Assembly (NCBI GenBank): GCA_964615885.1
Contig: CAZTRG010000281.1
Location: 144 to 64,143 of the forward strand
Length of the DNA: 64,000 nucleotides
Origin: an uncultured Planctomycetia bacterium
Lineage (GTDB): Bacteria > Planctomycetota > UBA8108
Direction of reading: 5' to 3'
Below, piece after piece: positions 54,157-63,223 of the stretch. The notes below the pieces were generated by a model. It did not search any database and had not been told where the DNA came from. It worked only from the letters and a program-made list of their open reading frames with translations. Numbering within the stretch: position 1 is the stretch's first letter; each line of letters opens with the position of its first letter. The position numbers were made by a program, and so were the translations under genes.

Positions 54157-54770
54157 GCGACCGGGAAGAACTCATCCTCGAGGGTATCGTGACCACTCTC
54201 AACCCCGGCCACGAGGAAGGTATCAGCGAGGACATCAACATATCGCCCATGGGCCCGCTTGTATCCGGCGCGATGGACAGCCTCCTGCTCAAGCCCTACA
54301 CCTCCTCACGAACCTACGCCAATCTCAAGCGCCATGGCGAGGGCGTCTTCCATGTAAGCGATGATGTGGAGCTGCTGGCCAGGGCGACACTCGGCCGGGC
54401 CGAGCCCGCCCTCCTGCCAACCCGGAAAATCACCGGCCGCTATATCGAGAGCTGTTGCCGTTTTTACGAGTTCCGTGTTGAAGAGCTTGACGACTCTGAA
54501 GAGCGAACCCGGATCCGCTGCAGGATCGTTCACTCCGAGCGCCTGCGTGATCTCCTGGGCTTCAACCGCGCCCGCAACGCCGTGCTGGAGGCGGCCATTC
54601 TCGCCAGCCGGACAGCCTTCCTGCCGCCTGAGGACATCCTCCGCCAGCTCGATGAGCTGCAGGTGCTCGTCGACAAGACCGGGGCAGAACCTGAAAAGAA
54701 GGCCTTCACAATACTCAGAGACCACGTTGAAGAGGCCCGCCGCGAAGCCGGCGGTCAAGAGGTCCGGTGA
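54153..54770 (+). CDS. DUF447-family protein (split-barrel, flavin-binding-like)
   Basis: ILEGIVTTLNPG...NISPMGP...KPYTSSRTYANL fits my recollection of the DUF447 N-terminal pattern. ATGA overlap with the upstream gene. Confidence 0.6.
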   Translation: MSDREELILEGIVTTLNPGHEEGISEDINISPMGPLVSGAMDSLLLKPYTSSRTYANLKRHGEGVFHVSDDVELLARATLGRAEPALLPTRKITGRYIESCCRFYEFRVEELDDSEERTRIRCRIVHSERLRDLLGFNRARNAVLEAAILASRTAFLPPEDILRQLDELQVLVDKTGAEPEKKAFTILRDHVEEARREAGGQEVR

Positions 54771-55738
54771 GCGCAAAGCCCGGGAGCCTAGCTATAGAAA
54801 CCGGCAGCCGCCTTCACTTCGGGCTCATCGATCCGGCGGGAGCGAGCGGGCGTCTCTATGCAGGAGCAGGAGTGATGCTGGAGAATCCCGGCATCCGCCT
54901 GGCTGCAGAGCTGACCGAAACCGGCGACCGGGTAAACGCCGAAGGCTCGATTGCCTCCCGGGTTGAAGATTTTCTCAAGCGCTTCAGGAAGTCCACCGCC
55001 TGCGATGCCTTCTTCAATATTGAAATATCCTCCTGCCCTGCTGACCATCTCGGGCTCGGAACCGGGACCCAGCTGGGAATGGCCATCGCAACCGCCTGCT
55101 CAAACCTGCTGGAACTCGAGGGCGGCATCGAGGCTGTCGCCGGACGAACCGGCCGCGGACGGCGCTCGGCGATCGGGGTCCATGGCTTTGACAGGGGCGG
55201 CTTTCTCATCGACAACGGAAAGGCCGGGGAGCAGGGGCTCTCCGCGCTGCGCACCCGGATCGAGCTGCCGGAGGCCTGGCGGTTCCTGCTGGTTATCGCG
55301 CCGGGCCAGCGCGGCCTCAGCGGCCGGAAAGAGGCTGACTGCTTCAAAAGCCTCGAGGCCATACCCTCCGAGACGGTCGACCGCCTGGAGGACCTTCTCG
55401 AGAACACCCTGGTGCCGGCAGCACAGGAGGATGACTGTCCCGCTTTCTCCCGGGCCCTGCATGAATTCGGCCTGCTGGCCGGGGAGCCCTTCCAGCAGGC
55501 CCAGGGTGGCGCCTTCTCGACCAGCCTGGCCGCAGAGGTTGCCCGGCACCTTCGCCAGGAGGGAGTTGAGGGTGTTGGACAGAGCTCCTGGGGGCCGGCC
55601 CTCTACGCCCTCCTGCCCAACCAGCAGGAGGCCGAAACGGTGGCCGGCAAACTCAGGACCCGGTTCGGGCTCAGCACTGCAGAAGTACAGGTCACCCAGC
55701 CACGCAACCGTGGCGCTGCGGTCAGGGCCCTGGCCTGA
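54767..55738 (+). CDS. mptG: beta-ribofuranosylaminobenzene 5'-phosphate (beta-RFAP) synthase-like GHMP-family protein
   Basis: IETGSRLHFGLIDPAGASGRLYAGAGVMLENP and GLGTGTQLGMAIA match the beta-RFAP synthase pattern as I remember it. GTG start overlapping the upstream stop (GTGA). Confidence 0.7.
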   Translation: MSAKPGSLAIETGSRLHFGLIDPAGASGRLYAGAGVMLENPGIRLAAELTETGDRVNAEGSIASRVEDFLKRFRKSTACDAFFNIEISSCPADHLGLGTGTQLGMAIATACSNLLELEGGIEAVAGRTGRGRRSAIGVHGFDRGGFLIDNGKAGEQGLSALRTRIELPEAWRFLLVIAPGQRGLSGRKEADCFKSLEAIPSETVDRLEDLLENTLVPAAQEDDCPAFSRALHEFGLLAGEPFQQAQGGAFSTSLAAEVARHLRQEGVEGVGQSSWGPALYALLPNQQEAETVAGKLRTRFGLSTAEVQVTQPRNRGAAVRALA

Positions 55739-55844
55739 AGCTGCTGAAGTTGAAAGAAGGGAGAACCACTGCCGAACAGGCTTGATCTGTCGTCCGATTT
55801 GGTACCCAATGTCAGCCTTTCACGAATGTAGAAGGAAGCGATCC

Positions 55845-56417
55845 ATGCTCAACCCGGGTGAATTCAAGAGAGGCCAGATCATCGATATCGATGGCCACCC
55901 CTGCCTGATTGAAAAAATCACCATGCAGACTCCCTCCTCCCGCGGCGGCAACACCATCTGGAAGGTCCGGGCAAGGAACCTCAGAACCAAGCAGAAGGTC
56001 GATAAGGCGTTTAGAAGCGGTGATACGGCCATCGAGCCGGATTTCGAGAAGAGACACGTACAGTTTCTCTACCGGGACCCAAGCGGCCTCCACTTCATGG
56101 ACATGGACAGCTACGACCAGTTCTCACTTCCGCTCGACGGCTTCAGCGACGAGGCCGGCTACCTCACCGACAACCTCGAGGGTATCCGCTCCCTGGTTCT
56201 CGAAGACGAGGTGATCGGTATCGAGCTCCCCCTGACCGTCGACATCTCAATCACCGAATGCGACCCGGCGGTAAAGGGAAACTCCGCAACTGCACGGCAG
56301 AAGAATGCCACCCTGGAAACAGGCCTTGTGATCCAGGTGCCCGAACATATTTCCAGCGGAGAGGTCGTCCGCGTCGACACGACAAACGGCAAGTTCATCC
56401 GCCGGGCCACGGACTGA
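55845..56417 (+). CDS. yeiP: elongation factor P paralogue, YeiP/EfpL subfamily
   Basis: [26 protein letters not shown] and [34 protein letters not shown] are colinear with E. coli YeiP IQSPTARGAATLYKMRF... and [34 protein letters not shown]. ATG at 55845 with GAAGGAAG upstream. The 5' part of ORF 54951..56417 is not coding. Confidence 0.85.
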   Translation: [190 protein letters not shown]

Positions 56418-56424
56418 CTGGAGC

Positions 56425-56859
56425 TCAGACCTCGTTCGTGGCGACGACCGTACCGGGCTCGAAGTTCCCCTCGACGGGTTCCCGGTTATCGAAACCTGTC
56501 GTCAGCTCGTGCCAGTGCTCGATGGTTTCTTCGCCGAGCTTCCAGCAGAGATAGACTACGCGGCCATCGAGCAGGGCCGGAAAGTCAACCAGCCCTTTAT
56601 TGGGATCCTTCATCTCGATACCGAGAGCGGCGAGCTCTTCGAAAAACTCTGAGCGCCCATCTGCGATTTTCTGGAGGCGCTCCTGCAGCACATCAAGACG
56701 GTCACGATCGGAGCCCTCGCCGGCCACCTCCCGGATCTCGAGGTAGACCTCTTTCATCTGCGCGGTCACCTCGACGATATCACTGACGATCCTGGAGACC
56801 AGGGGGAGGGTGCTCCGCGCCTCTTCGAGTTCAAACAGCTTCTGTTCTCTTCTTGCCAT
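56425..56859 (-). CDS. DUF2203-family protein
   Basis: N-terminal FELEEARSTLPLV and C-terminal VYLCWKLGEETIEHWHELTTGF match the DUF2203 pattern as remembered. Confidence 0.6.
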   Translation of the reverse strand: MARREQKLFELEEARSTLPLVSRIVSDIVEVTAQMKEVYLEIREVAGEGSDRDRLDVLQERLQKIADGRSEFFEELAALGIEMKDPNKGLVDFPALLDGRVVYLCWKLGEETIEHWHELTTGFDNREPVEGNFEPGTVVATNEV

Positions 56860-56980
56860 TGCTCTTTCCTGCTAGTGCTGCTACCCGGTTACCCGGTTAC
56901 CCAAGGGCCACATTCTGGCCGAACTGTGCCCCGCAATCAATAGCCCACGAACAAACAGGAGGAACAATTCGGGCAGTTTT

Positions 56981-57844
56981 TCAGAAGAGATCGACGAAGC
57001 CTTTCACAGCCGGGGTGGGCTCCTCGCCTCTGCGGGTCACCAGGTAGATATACTGGCGCGGGTAGTAGGCCTTCAGGCTCCTGGTGTGAAGATCCTGGCG
57101 GGTCGCATCGATGTTGAGGTTGTGGATGATGGAAATTCCATAGCCAAGACTGACGTAGTTGATGATCAGGTCGGTAGACCCGAGCGCCATGGCAACCGGG
57201 GTCTTCAGCTTCCTCTGCTCAAAGGGCCTGTCGATGAAACGGCGGGTCTCCGTCCCCCCGGTGTAGGAGAGGAATGGGTACTCGGTGATGTCAGCCAGGG
57301 AAACCTTGCGCCGGTGGCCCAGGGGGTGGTTGCTCGGAGTGATCAGGATCATCTCACAGGGTGCCACCGGACGGGCCTCGAGCTCCTCACGCTGGGGATC
57401 GATCAGGATAATGCCGACATCGGTCTGGGCATTGGCAACCGAGTCGATGATCTCGGCGGTGCGCATATTGTGGATACTGATCTCCACCTTCGGAAACAGG
57501 GTCCTGTATTTCTCCAGCAAGGGAGGAAGCATGTGGGTGGCCACCGACTGGTTGGTCGAGACGGTCAGCCGGGTGCCCTCGTACTGCGCATGGCCGCTGA
57601 AAACCGCATCGATCTCTTCCTCGGTTTCAAACAGCTTCTGCGCCAGCTCGTAGAGAACCTGGCCTTCCCGGGTCGGCTCCACGCCACGGGGGTAGCGCTG
57701 GAGTAATTGCATACCGACCTCCTGCTCGAGGTTCTTCACCTGGAGGCTTATGCTGGGCTGAGAGAGCCGTAAACGACGGGCTGCAGCCGTAAACCCTCCC
57801 TGCTTCACAACCGTGTAGAAGCCGCGCAGACGATTCAGATCCAT
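56981..57844 (-). CDS. LysR-family transcriptional regulator
   Basis: N-terminal wHTH FYTVVKQGGFTAAARRLRLSQPSISLQVKNLE and a LysR substrate-binding C-terminal domain. Confidence 0.9.
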   Translation of the reverse strand: MDLNRLRGFYTVVKQGGFTAAARRLRLSQPSISLQVKNLEQEVGMQLLQRYPRGVEPTREGQVLYELAQKLFETEEEIDAVFSGHAQYEGTRLTVSTNQSVATHMLPPLLEKYRTLFPKVEISIHNMRTAEIIDSVANAQTDVGIILIDPQREELEARPVAPCEMILITPSNHPLGHRRKVSLADITEYPFLSYTGGTETRRFIDRPFEQRKLKTPVAMALGSTDLIINYVSLGYGISIIHNLNIDATRQDLHTRSLKAYYPRQYIYLVTRRGEEPTPAVKGFVDLF

Positions 57845-57867
57845 CCTGTAGCTCCCGCAAAAGACCC

Positions 57868-57882
57868 ATAGTTTCTAACTAT
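57868..57882. promoter_or_regulatory. LysR-type T-N11-A box candidate in an AT-rich divergent promoter region
   Basis: ATAGTTTCTAACTAT is a dyad (ATAG-N7-CTAT). An adjacent direct repeat CTAACTAT occurs at 57875-57882 and 57885-57892. It lies 24 nt upstream of the LysR gene start. Confidence 0.4.
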
Positions 57883-58006
57883 GACTAACTATATTGTTTA
57901 TTTATTAGATTTATAGTCTTTTCTTGCGTATTTTCTCCCTCTGGACCCTTTGCCCGCGAGGGAAGAGGAGAAAACCCGCCGGGATGAAAAAACTGATGAG
58001 TCACCA

Positions 58007-58369
58007 ATGAATCGCAGGCTGCTTAAATCGAAAATCCACCGCGCCCGGGTCACCGAGGCCGACCTCGACTACAACGGCAGCGTCACCGTTGATGCCGAGC
58101 TGCTCGAGGCTGCCGACATCCTCGAACACGAGGAGGTGCAGATCTACAATATCACCAACGGCGCCCGGCTATCGACCTACGCCATTGCGGGGCCCCCGGG
58201 CTCCGGAATCATCTGCATCAATGGAGCGGCTGCACATCTCTGCTCTGTCGACGACCTGGTCATCCTGGCCAGCTACGCCGACTACCTCCCCAGCGAGCTT
58301 CATGAACACAGCCCCGCAGTCATCCTCGTCGATGAAGAAAACCGCATCCGGCAGAAAGTAAAGGCATGA
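58007..58369 (+). CDS. panD: aspartate 1-decarboxylase proenzyme
   Basis: [24 protein letters not shown] contains the self-processing Gly-Ser site; [10 protein letters not shown] is also present. Confidence 0.9.
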   Translation: MNRRLLKSKIHRARVTEADLDYNGSVTVDAELLEAADILEHEEVQIYNITNGARLSTYAIAGPPGSGIICINGAAAHLCSVDDLVILASYADYLPSELHEHSPAVILVDEENRIRQKVKA

Positions 58370-58397
58370 CCCCCCAACTGGAAACGGAGGCGGCCGG

Positions 58398-59267
58398 ATG
58401 AGCCATCTACCCCCACCGGGAAAAGATTCCGGAAGAAAAGACAAGGTCACCTCCACCGGGCTGAAAACCCGCAAGCTCGCCGGCGAAAAGATTACCGCCC
58501 TGACCGCCTTTGATTGCCTCGGTGCCTCGATTGTAGAGGAGGCGGGAGTTGACCTGGTGCTGGTGGGCGACAGCCTCGCCAACACATCCCTGGGCTACGA
58601 AAACACCCTGCCCGTCTCTATGGATGAGATGCTCTCCGCTGTCAGGGCCGCCAGGCGCGGGACCTGCCGTGCCATGCTGGTCGCCGATATGCCCTTTGGC
58701 AGCTACCAGGTCAGCAGCGAAGGCGCCCTGGCCAACGCGGTCGCCTTCCTCAAGGCCGGGGCCGAGGCTGTGAAGATCGAAGGCGGCGCAGCCAGGGCCC
58801 CGCTGGCGGCAAAGCTGGCGGACAACGGGATTCCTGTCATGGGCCACATCGGCCTCACCCCGCAATCAGTCCATGCAATGGGCGGCTACAAGGTACAGGG
58901 CAAGGTGGAGGAGGATGCACGCCAGCTTCTCGATGATGCGCTGGCGCTGGAGGAGGCCGGGGTCTTCAGCCTGGTGCTCGAGGGGATGCCCTCGGACCTC
59001 GCAGCAAGGATCACGGGAGCCCTGGAGATACCGACCATCGGCATCGGGGCCGGAGGCGGCTGCGATGGCCAGATCCTCGTTTTTTCCGATCTCCTGGGGC
59101 TCAGCGCCGGACAAAAACCAAAATTTGTCCGCAAATATGCCGATCTTCGATCAGCCGCGATCGAGGCCATCAGGAGCTATTGCCGCGATGTTCGCGATGG
59201 CGATTTCCCTTCTGCCAGCGAGACTTACGGAAAAATCCCGGAAAAACGCGCCGAAAACCAGGCCTGA
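58398..59267 (+). CDS. panB: 3-methyl-2-oxobutanoate hydroxymethyltransferase
   Basis: ITALTAFD, LVGDSL, VADMPFGSY, VKIEGG and GHIGLTPQ blocks. GGAGG lies upstream of the ATG. Confidence 0.9.
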   Translation: MSHLPPPGKDSGRKDKVTSTGLKTRKLAGEKITALTAFDCLGASIVEEAGVDLVLVGDSLANTSLGYENTLPVSMDEMLSAVRAARRGTCRAMLVADMPFGSYQVSSEGALANAVAFLKAGAEAVKIEGGAARAPLAAKLADNGIPVMGHIGLTPQSVHAMGGYKVQGKVEEDARQLLDDALALEEAGVFSLVLEGMPSDLAARITGALEIPTIGIGAGGGCDGQILVFSDLLGLSAGQKPKFVRKYADLRSAAIEAIRSYCRDVRDGDFPSASETYGKIPEKRAENQA

Positions 59268-59390
59268 GGACTGCACGCGGTAAGGGGCCTTTGCCCTTGG
59301 GGAGCCCCTCGCGCTCCGGCCAATTTCCTTTGATTTTACCCCCCCGATTAGCCATGCTTGTCCCTCGATTTGAACTCGTTTCGAGGTTAA

Positions 59391-59771
59391 TTGGTGGTCT
59401 CTATACAAGACGAAAACATCGTCTTCCTGGAGCTGACCCTCCGGAAAGACGAGGCTTCGGTATTGTCGGCTGAAATTATTCAGACCGGGCACAATGCTGT
59501 AGTACGCAAAACGATTCACCACTGGGCCCGCCTGCGAGGAGCCTCGATCAAGGACCGTATCCGCAGGGAGATCACGACCTACCGCATAGAGAATCCTGTC
59601 CCGGACCCCTCGCGAAAAACGGAGAAGGTTCTCGCCAGGGTCCTGGATCATTATCTTGACCGGTGTTGCTCCGGCCAGAGCGTCTTCGGTGAACGGCTTG
59701 TAGTCGATGTGCCGATGGGGCAGGTTTCAGGCCCCCACGGCATCTCAGAGCGCCTCGAAGTCATCGCCTGA
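59391..59771 (+). CDS. hypothetical protein (start TTG 59391 or GTG 59394)
   Basis: Third-position GC is higher in this frame than in the overlapping minus ORF 59151..59651. GAGG lies 5-8 nt upstream. No family recognised. Confidence 0.3.
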   Translation: MVVSIQDENIVFLELTLRKDEASVLSAEIIQTGHNAVVRKTIHHWARLRGASIKDRIRREITTYRIENPVPDPSRKTEKVLARVLDHYLDRCCSGQSVFGERLVVDVPMGQVSGPHGISERLEVIA

Positions 59772-59833
59772 AGCAAACAGCTCCAGGGCAGAAAAACCAA
59801 CCGGTCTTATCAGAAGCAGCAGGGGAAAAAAAC

Positions 59834-60916
59834 ATGAGCCGCAATGAACAGGAAATGAAGGAGCTCCTGCGCTCCCTGACCCTGGCCGCCGGGGCACCCG
59901 GGGCCGAGGACGAGGTGCGGGCCCTGGTCCGGGAAAAACTCGAGGGAGCCGGGGAGCTCTCCTATGACGGGCTCGGAAGCATCCTCTGCGAAAAAAGCGG
60001 AGGTGCCGGCTCGCCCCGGATCATGATCGACGGACACATGGACGAGGTCGGCTTCATGGTGCAGAGCATCAGCTCCGAGGGACGAATCAACTTCGTGCCG
60101 CTGGGAGGCTGGTGGGCCCATGTGCTCCTCAGCCAGAGGGTGGACATCATCAGCTCTGATGGAAAGGTGCCGGGAGTCATTGGCTCTACGCCGCCCCACT
60201 TCCTCAGCGCCGGGAAACGGGAAAAACTCCTCGGGCTCGAGGACATGTACATCGACATCGGCGCCACCAGCGCTGAAGAGGCCGCCGAGACGGGAGTGCG
60301 CATCGGCGACACCATCGTCCCCCATGCCGAATTCTGCGAGCTGAGCAATCCGGACATCCTCAGCTCAAAAGCATTCGATAACCGGGTCGGCATCGGCCTG
60401 ATGATCGAGACCCTGCTGGAGTTCTCCTCCCGTGAACACCCCAACACCATCATAGGCGTCGGCGCCGCCCAGGAAGAGATCGGCTGCCGTGGAGCAGCGA
60501 CCGCCAGCGAGAAGGCGGCCCCGGATGTAGGGATCGTCCTGGAGGGGACCCCTGCGGATGACATCCCGGGCTTCACCGAGCCCCAGGCCATCCTCGGCAA
60601 GGGGCCCCAGATTCGTTTCTATGACCCCACGGCTATCTCCAACAGGCGGCTCGCCGACCTGGTCGCCGGGGTTGCTGAAGAGGCCGGCATCGAGATCCAG
60701 CTTGCGGTGCGCCGCAGCGGCGGAACCGATGCCAAGAGCATCCACCTGCACCGAAGCGGCGTCCCGACAGTGGTCATCGGTGTGCCCGCAAGGTACATCC
60801 ACAGCCACGTAAGCCTCATCAGCTGGCAGGATTACCTCAACACAGGCAAGCTGGTCTGCGAGCTGGTTGCTCGACTCGATTCCGCCGCAGTTGAGAGCCT
60901 CAGCGACTTCAGCTGA
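59834..60916 (+). CDS. M42-family aminopeptidase (FrvX/glutamyl aminopeptidase-like)
   Basis: IDGHMDEVGFMV, SKAFDNRVG, AQEEIGCRGA and HSHV blocks are typical of M42. Confidence 0.85.
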   Translation: MSRNEQEMKELLRSLTLAAGAPGAEDEVRALVREKLEGAGELSYDGLGSILCEKSGGAGSPRIMIDGHMDEVGFMVQSISSEGRINFVPLGGWWAHVLLSQRVDIISSDGKVPGVIGSTPPHFLSAGKREKLLGLEDMYIDIGATSAEEAAETGVRIGDTIVPHAEFCELSNPDILSSKAFDNRVGIGLMIETLLEFSSREHPNTIIGVGAAQEEIGCRGAATASEKAAPDVGIVLEGTPADDIPGFTEPQAILGKGPQIRFYDPTAISNRRLADLVAGVAEEAGIEIQLAVRRSGGTDAKSIHLHRSGVPTVVIGVPARYIHSHVSLISWQDYLNTGKLVCELVARLDSAAVESLSDFS

Positions 60917-60943
60917 GCTGGAGTGCTTCCGCCACAGCAGGGC

Positions 60944-61978
60944 CTAGTCCTTGAAGCCGGCACCACGGGTCAGGGTTTTGATCCTGCACAGGTACATGTC
61001 TGAGGTCAGGTAGAGCACGCTTCCATCGTTGCCCCAGCCTACATTAGCAATCCTCTCGCCTGTCACGATCCGCCCCAGCAGCTTTCCCTTCGGCGAGATC
61101 ACCAGCACACCCCCGGGCCCGGTTGCAAAAACATTCCCCTTTGCATCAACCTTGAGACCATCACCACCGCCTCGCGAAATGTGCTCCTGCTTTGAAGAAT
61201 CGAAAAAGGCGCGGGCAGGGCCCAGGCTTCCATCTTCTTTCACCGGGAAGGCCCTCCAGACGGGATCACGGCCATCGCTGTTGGCCACGTAGAGGGTCTT
61301 GTGATCCGGCGCAAAGGCGATGCCGTTGGGCCGGGAGATCTCCTTCGATTGCAGGGTGACCGTGCCATCTTTCTGCAGGCGGTAGACACCGCAGAAATCA
61401 ATCTCACGCATGGGATCCTTTTCCCGCCGGGGCAAGCCATAGATCGGATCGGTAAAAAAGATGTCCCCATTGTCGCGGATCGCCAGGTCGTTGGGACTGT
61501 TGAAGCGCTTGCCCTGCCAGCGGTCGGCCAGGGTGACCTTGCCGCCTCCGGCGGTGAGCACGGAGATCCTGCGGTCGCCGTGTTCACAGGAGACCAGGCG
61601 GCCCTTCGCATCGAGGGCGAGCCCGTTGCTGCCGGGCTCACGGCCGTAATCCGCCGCCCCCGTATAGCCGGAGGGCTTGAGGAAGACCGATGAGCCGACG
61701 CCCTCCTGCCACTTGATGACCGAGTTGGGCGGGATATCTGAAAAGAGGACGTAGCCGCCGAACTTGTTGCCCTGCTCGGGAATCCAGACCGGACCCTCAG
61801 CCCAGTCAAAGCCGCCGCAGAGCACCTCGATCACAGCGTCCTTCGGGATGAGGCCATCGAGGGAAGAATCGAAGCGGTCGACGCGGCCGATCCTGGCGAA
61901 ATTGGTGGTGTTCTGGGAGAAAGCCATCGAGGGAAGGATGGCAAGCAATAGCGCTGTAGCGCAGAGGGCTGTTTTCAT
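60944..61978 (-). CDS. secreted SMP-30/gluconolactonase/LRE-family beta-propeller
   Basis: Signal peptide, then WAEGPVW, YVLFSDIP, NSPNDLAIRDNGDIFFTDP, RPNGIAFAPD and GGGDGLKVDAKGNVF. Confidence 0.8.
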   Translation of the reverse strand: MKTALCATALLLAILPSMAFSQNTTNFARIGRVDRFDSSLDGLIPKDAVIEVLCGGFDWAEGPVWIPEQGNKFGGYVLFSDIPPNSVIKWQEGVGSSVFLKPSGYTGAADYGREPGSNGLALDAKGRLVSCEHGDRRISVLTAGGGKVTLADRWQGKRFNSPNDLAIRDNGDIFFTDPIYGLPRREKDPMREIDFCGVYRLQKDGTVTLQSKEISRPNGIAFAPDHKTLYVANSDGRDPVWRAFPVKEDGSLGPARAFFDSSKQEHISRGGGDGLKVDAKGNVFATGPGGVLVISPKGKLLGRIVTGERIANVGWGNDGSVLYLTSDMYLCRIKTLTRGAGFKD

Positions 61979-62111
61979 AGGACTTCTTTCTTTATCTGGT
62001 AAGGATCAGCCGGCGACGATGCCGGTTGAAAAAAATGGCTGTTGTGAGCCTTCACGATCAATGCGGAAAGAGAAAGGGCAGGCCTCCTCGCCGAGGGGCT
62101 AATCGGAAACG

Positions 62112-63002
62112 TCATCTGTTATGCAGACGGTCCCAGGCCGCCCCGGGTCTCTCGACACGGAAGGAGACAATTCGGGTGTGCTCCACCTCGGTAACGTAGG
62201 CAGTGCGGCCATCGGGGCCGCCGAAGCAGATGTTGCTCGGCCTCTTGCCCAGCACCTCGATCTCCCTGAGCACCTCCCCCGTGGGCGACAGCTTGACCAC
62301 GGTCCCCTTGCCGTAGCGGGTAACGTAGAGGTTGCCATCGACATCACAGCGCATGCCGTCAAAACCATGGTCTTCGAAGCTCTTGAAGAGCTTCTTGCCG
62401 GAGAGGTTCCCTTCTGAATCAATGGCGAAGGACCAGATCCTGCGCTGAACGCTCTCGTTGACGTAGAGAATCCGCCCATCGGGGCTGACCTCGATCCCGT
62501 TCGTGGTCCCCATCCCCTCCGCGAGGCGGACTGTGCGGCCATCGACCGTAACCTTCCAGAGCTGGCCGGTCTTCTCAGACCAGTTCGGATCGCTGGCATA
62601 GAGCGTACCGTTAAAGCTGATCGCAAGGTCATTGGGCTGGTTCATCGTGGTGTCAGCCGCAAAAACAACCGGCTTCGCGGTGCCGGCGGCAACCTTGAAG
62701 ACCTGGTGGTTGACGTAGTCGGCGATGTACATGTTGCCGGCCCGGTCGAAGCGGATTCCATTGCCGACACTGTCAGCGGGCAGCTTGAGAAAGACCTCTC
62801 CTTTTCCCGATGGAGAGACCCGGCCGACCGTACCCTGCCCGGCAAAGTTGACGGCATAGACTGATCCATCGCGTCCGCAGGCCGGCCCCTCGATGCCGGG
62901 AGTGAACTCCCCCGGCTTCGTGAGCGCGCGGGCCTTGTAAAGCCGCGGCGAACAACCCGCCAGCAGAAGCAGACAGAAAAGAGAAACAACAATACGGGCC
63001 AT
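62112..63002 (-). CDS. SMP-30/NHL-type beta-propeller lipoprotein
   Basis: Internal ATG gives MARIVVSLFCLLLLAGCSP (lipobox LAGC). Repeats include GNGIRFDRAGNMYIADY, PNDLAISFNGTLYASDP, TNGIEVSPDG and FDGMRCDVDGNLYV. Confidence 0.75.
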   Translation of the reverse strand: MARIVVSLFCLLLLAGCSPRLYKARALTKPGEFTPGIEGPACGRDGSVYAVNFAGQGTVGRVSPSGKGEVFLKLPADSVGNGIRFDRAGNMYIADYVNHQVFKVAAGTAKPVVFAADTTMNQPNDLAISFNGTLYASDPNWSEKTGQLWKVTVDGRTVRLAEGMGTTNGIEVSPDGRILYVNESVQRRIWSFAIDSEGNLSGKKLFKSFEDHGFDGMRCDVDGNLYVTRYGKGTVVKLSPTGEVLREIEVLGKRPSNICFGGPDGRTAYVTEVEHTRIVSFRVERPGAAWDRLHNR

Positions 63003-63223
63003 CCTGCACTCTCCTTGATCGAGAAAAACGGAGCCCCGGCAGCAGCCGTCAGGCCGGCAACCGGTTCCAGCGACGAATTGTACACCTGCAACCGCCAACA
63101 GAACAGGTCCTCTCCCACTGACGGTTCTTGACATCAGGGCAGGCGTGCAAATAGCATCCGGTTTCGTCGATTTCCGCAATGACTGGACTTGCGGAGACAC
63201 CTTCAACTCAAGGGAGAAAAATC

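Noticed and set aside
54951-55844. 5' two-thirds of ORF 54951..56417 (488 aa)
   Set aside because: Only the last 190 codons are EF-P-like. The upstream part overlaps the beta-RFAP synthase gene in another frame and is Pro/Arg/Ser-rich junk.
59151-59651. 166-aa minus-strand ORF between panB and the M42 peptidase
   Set aside because: It would overlap the panB 3' end by 117 nt, its C-terminal part looks like non-coding translation, and its GC3 is lower than that of the opposite frame. It is kept only as an alternative in the ambiguous-region finding.
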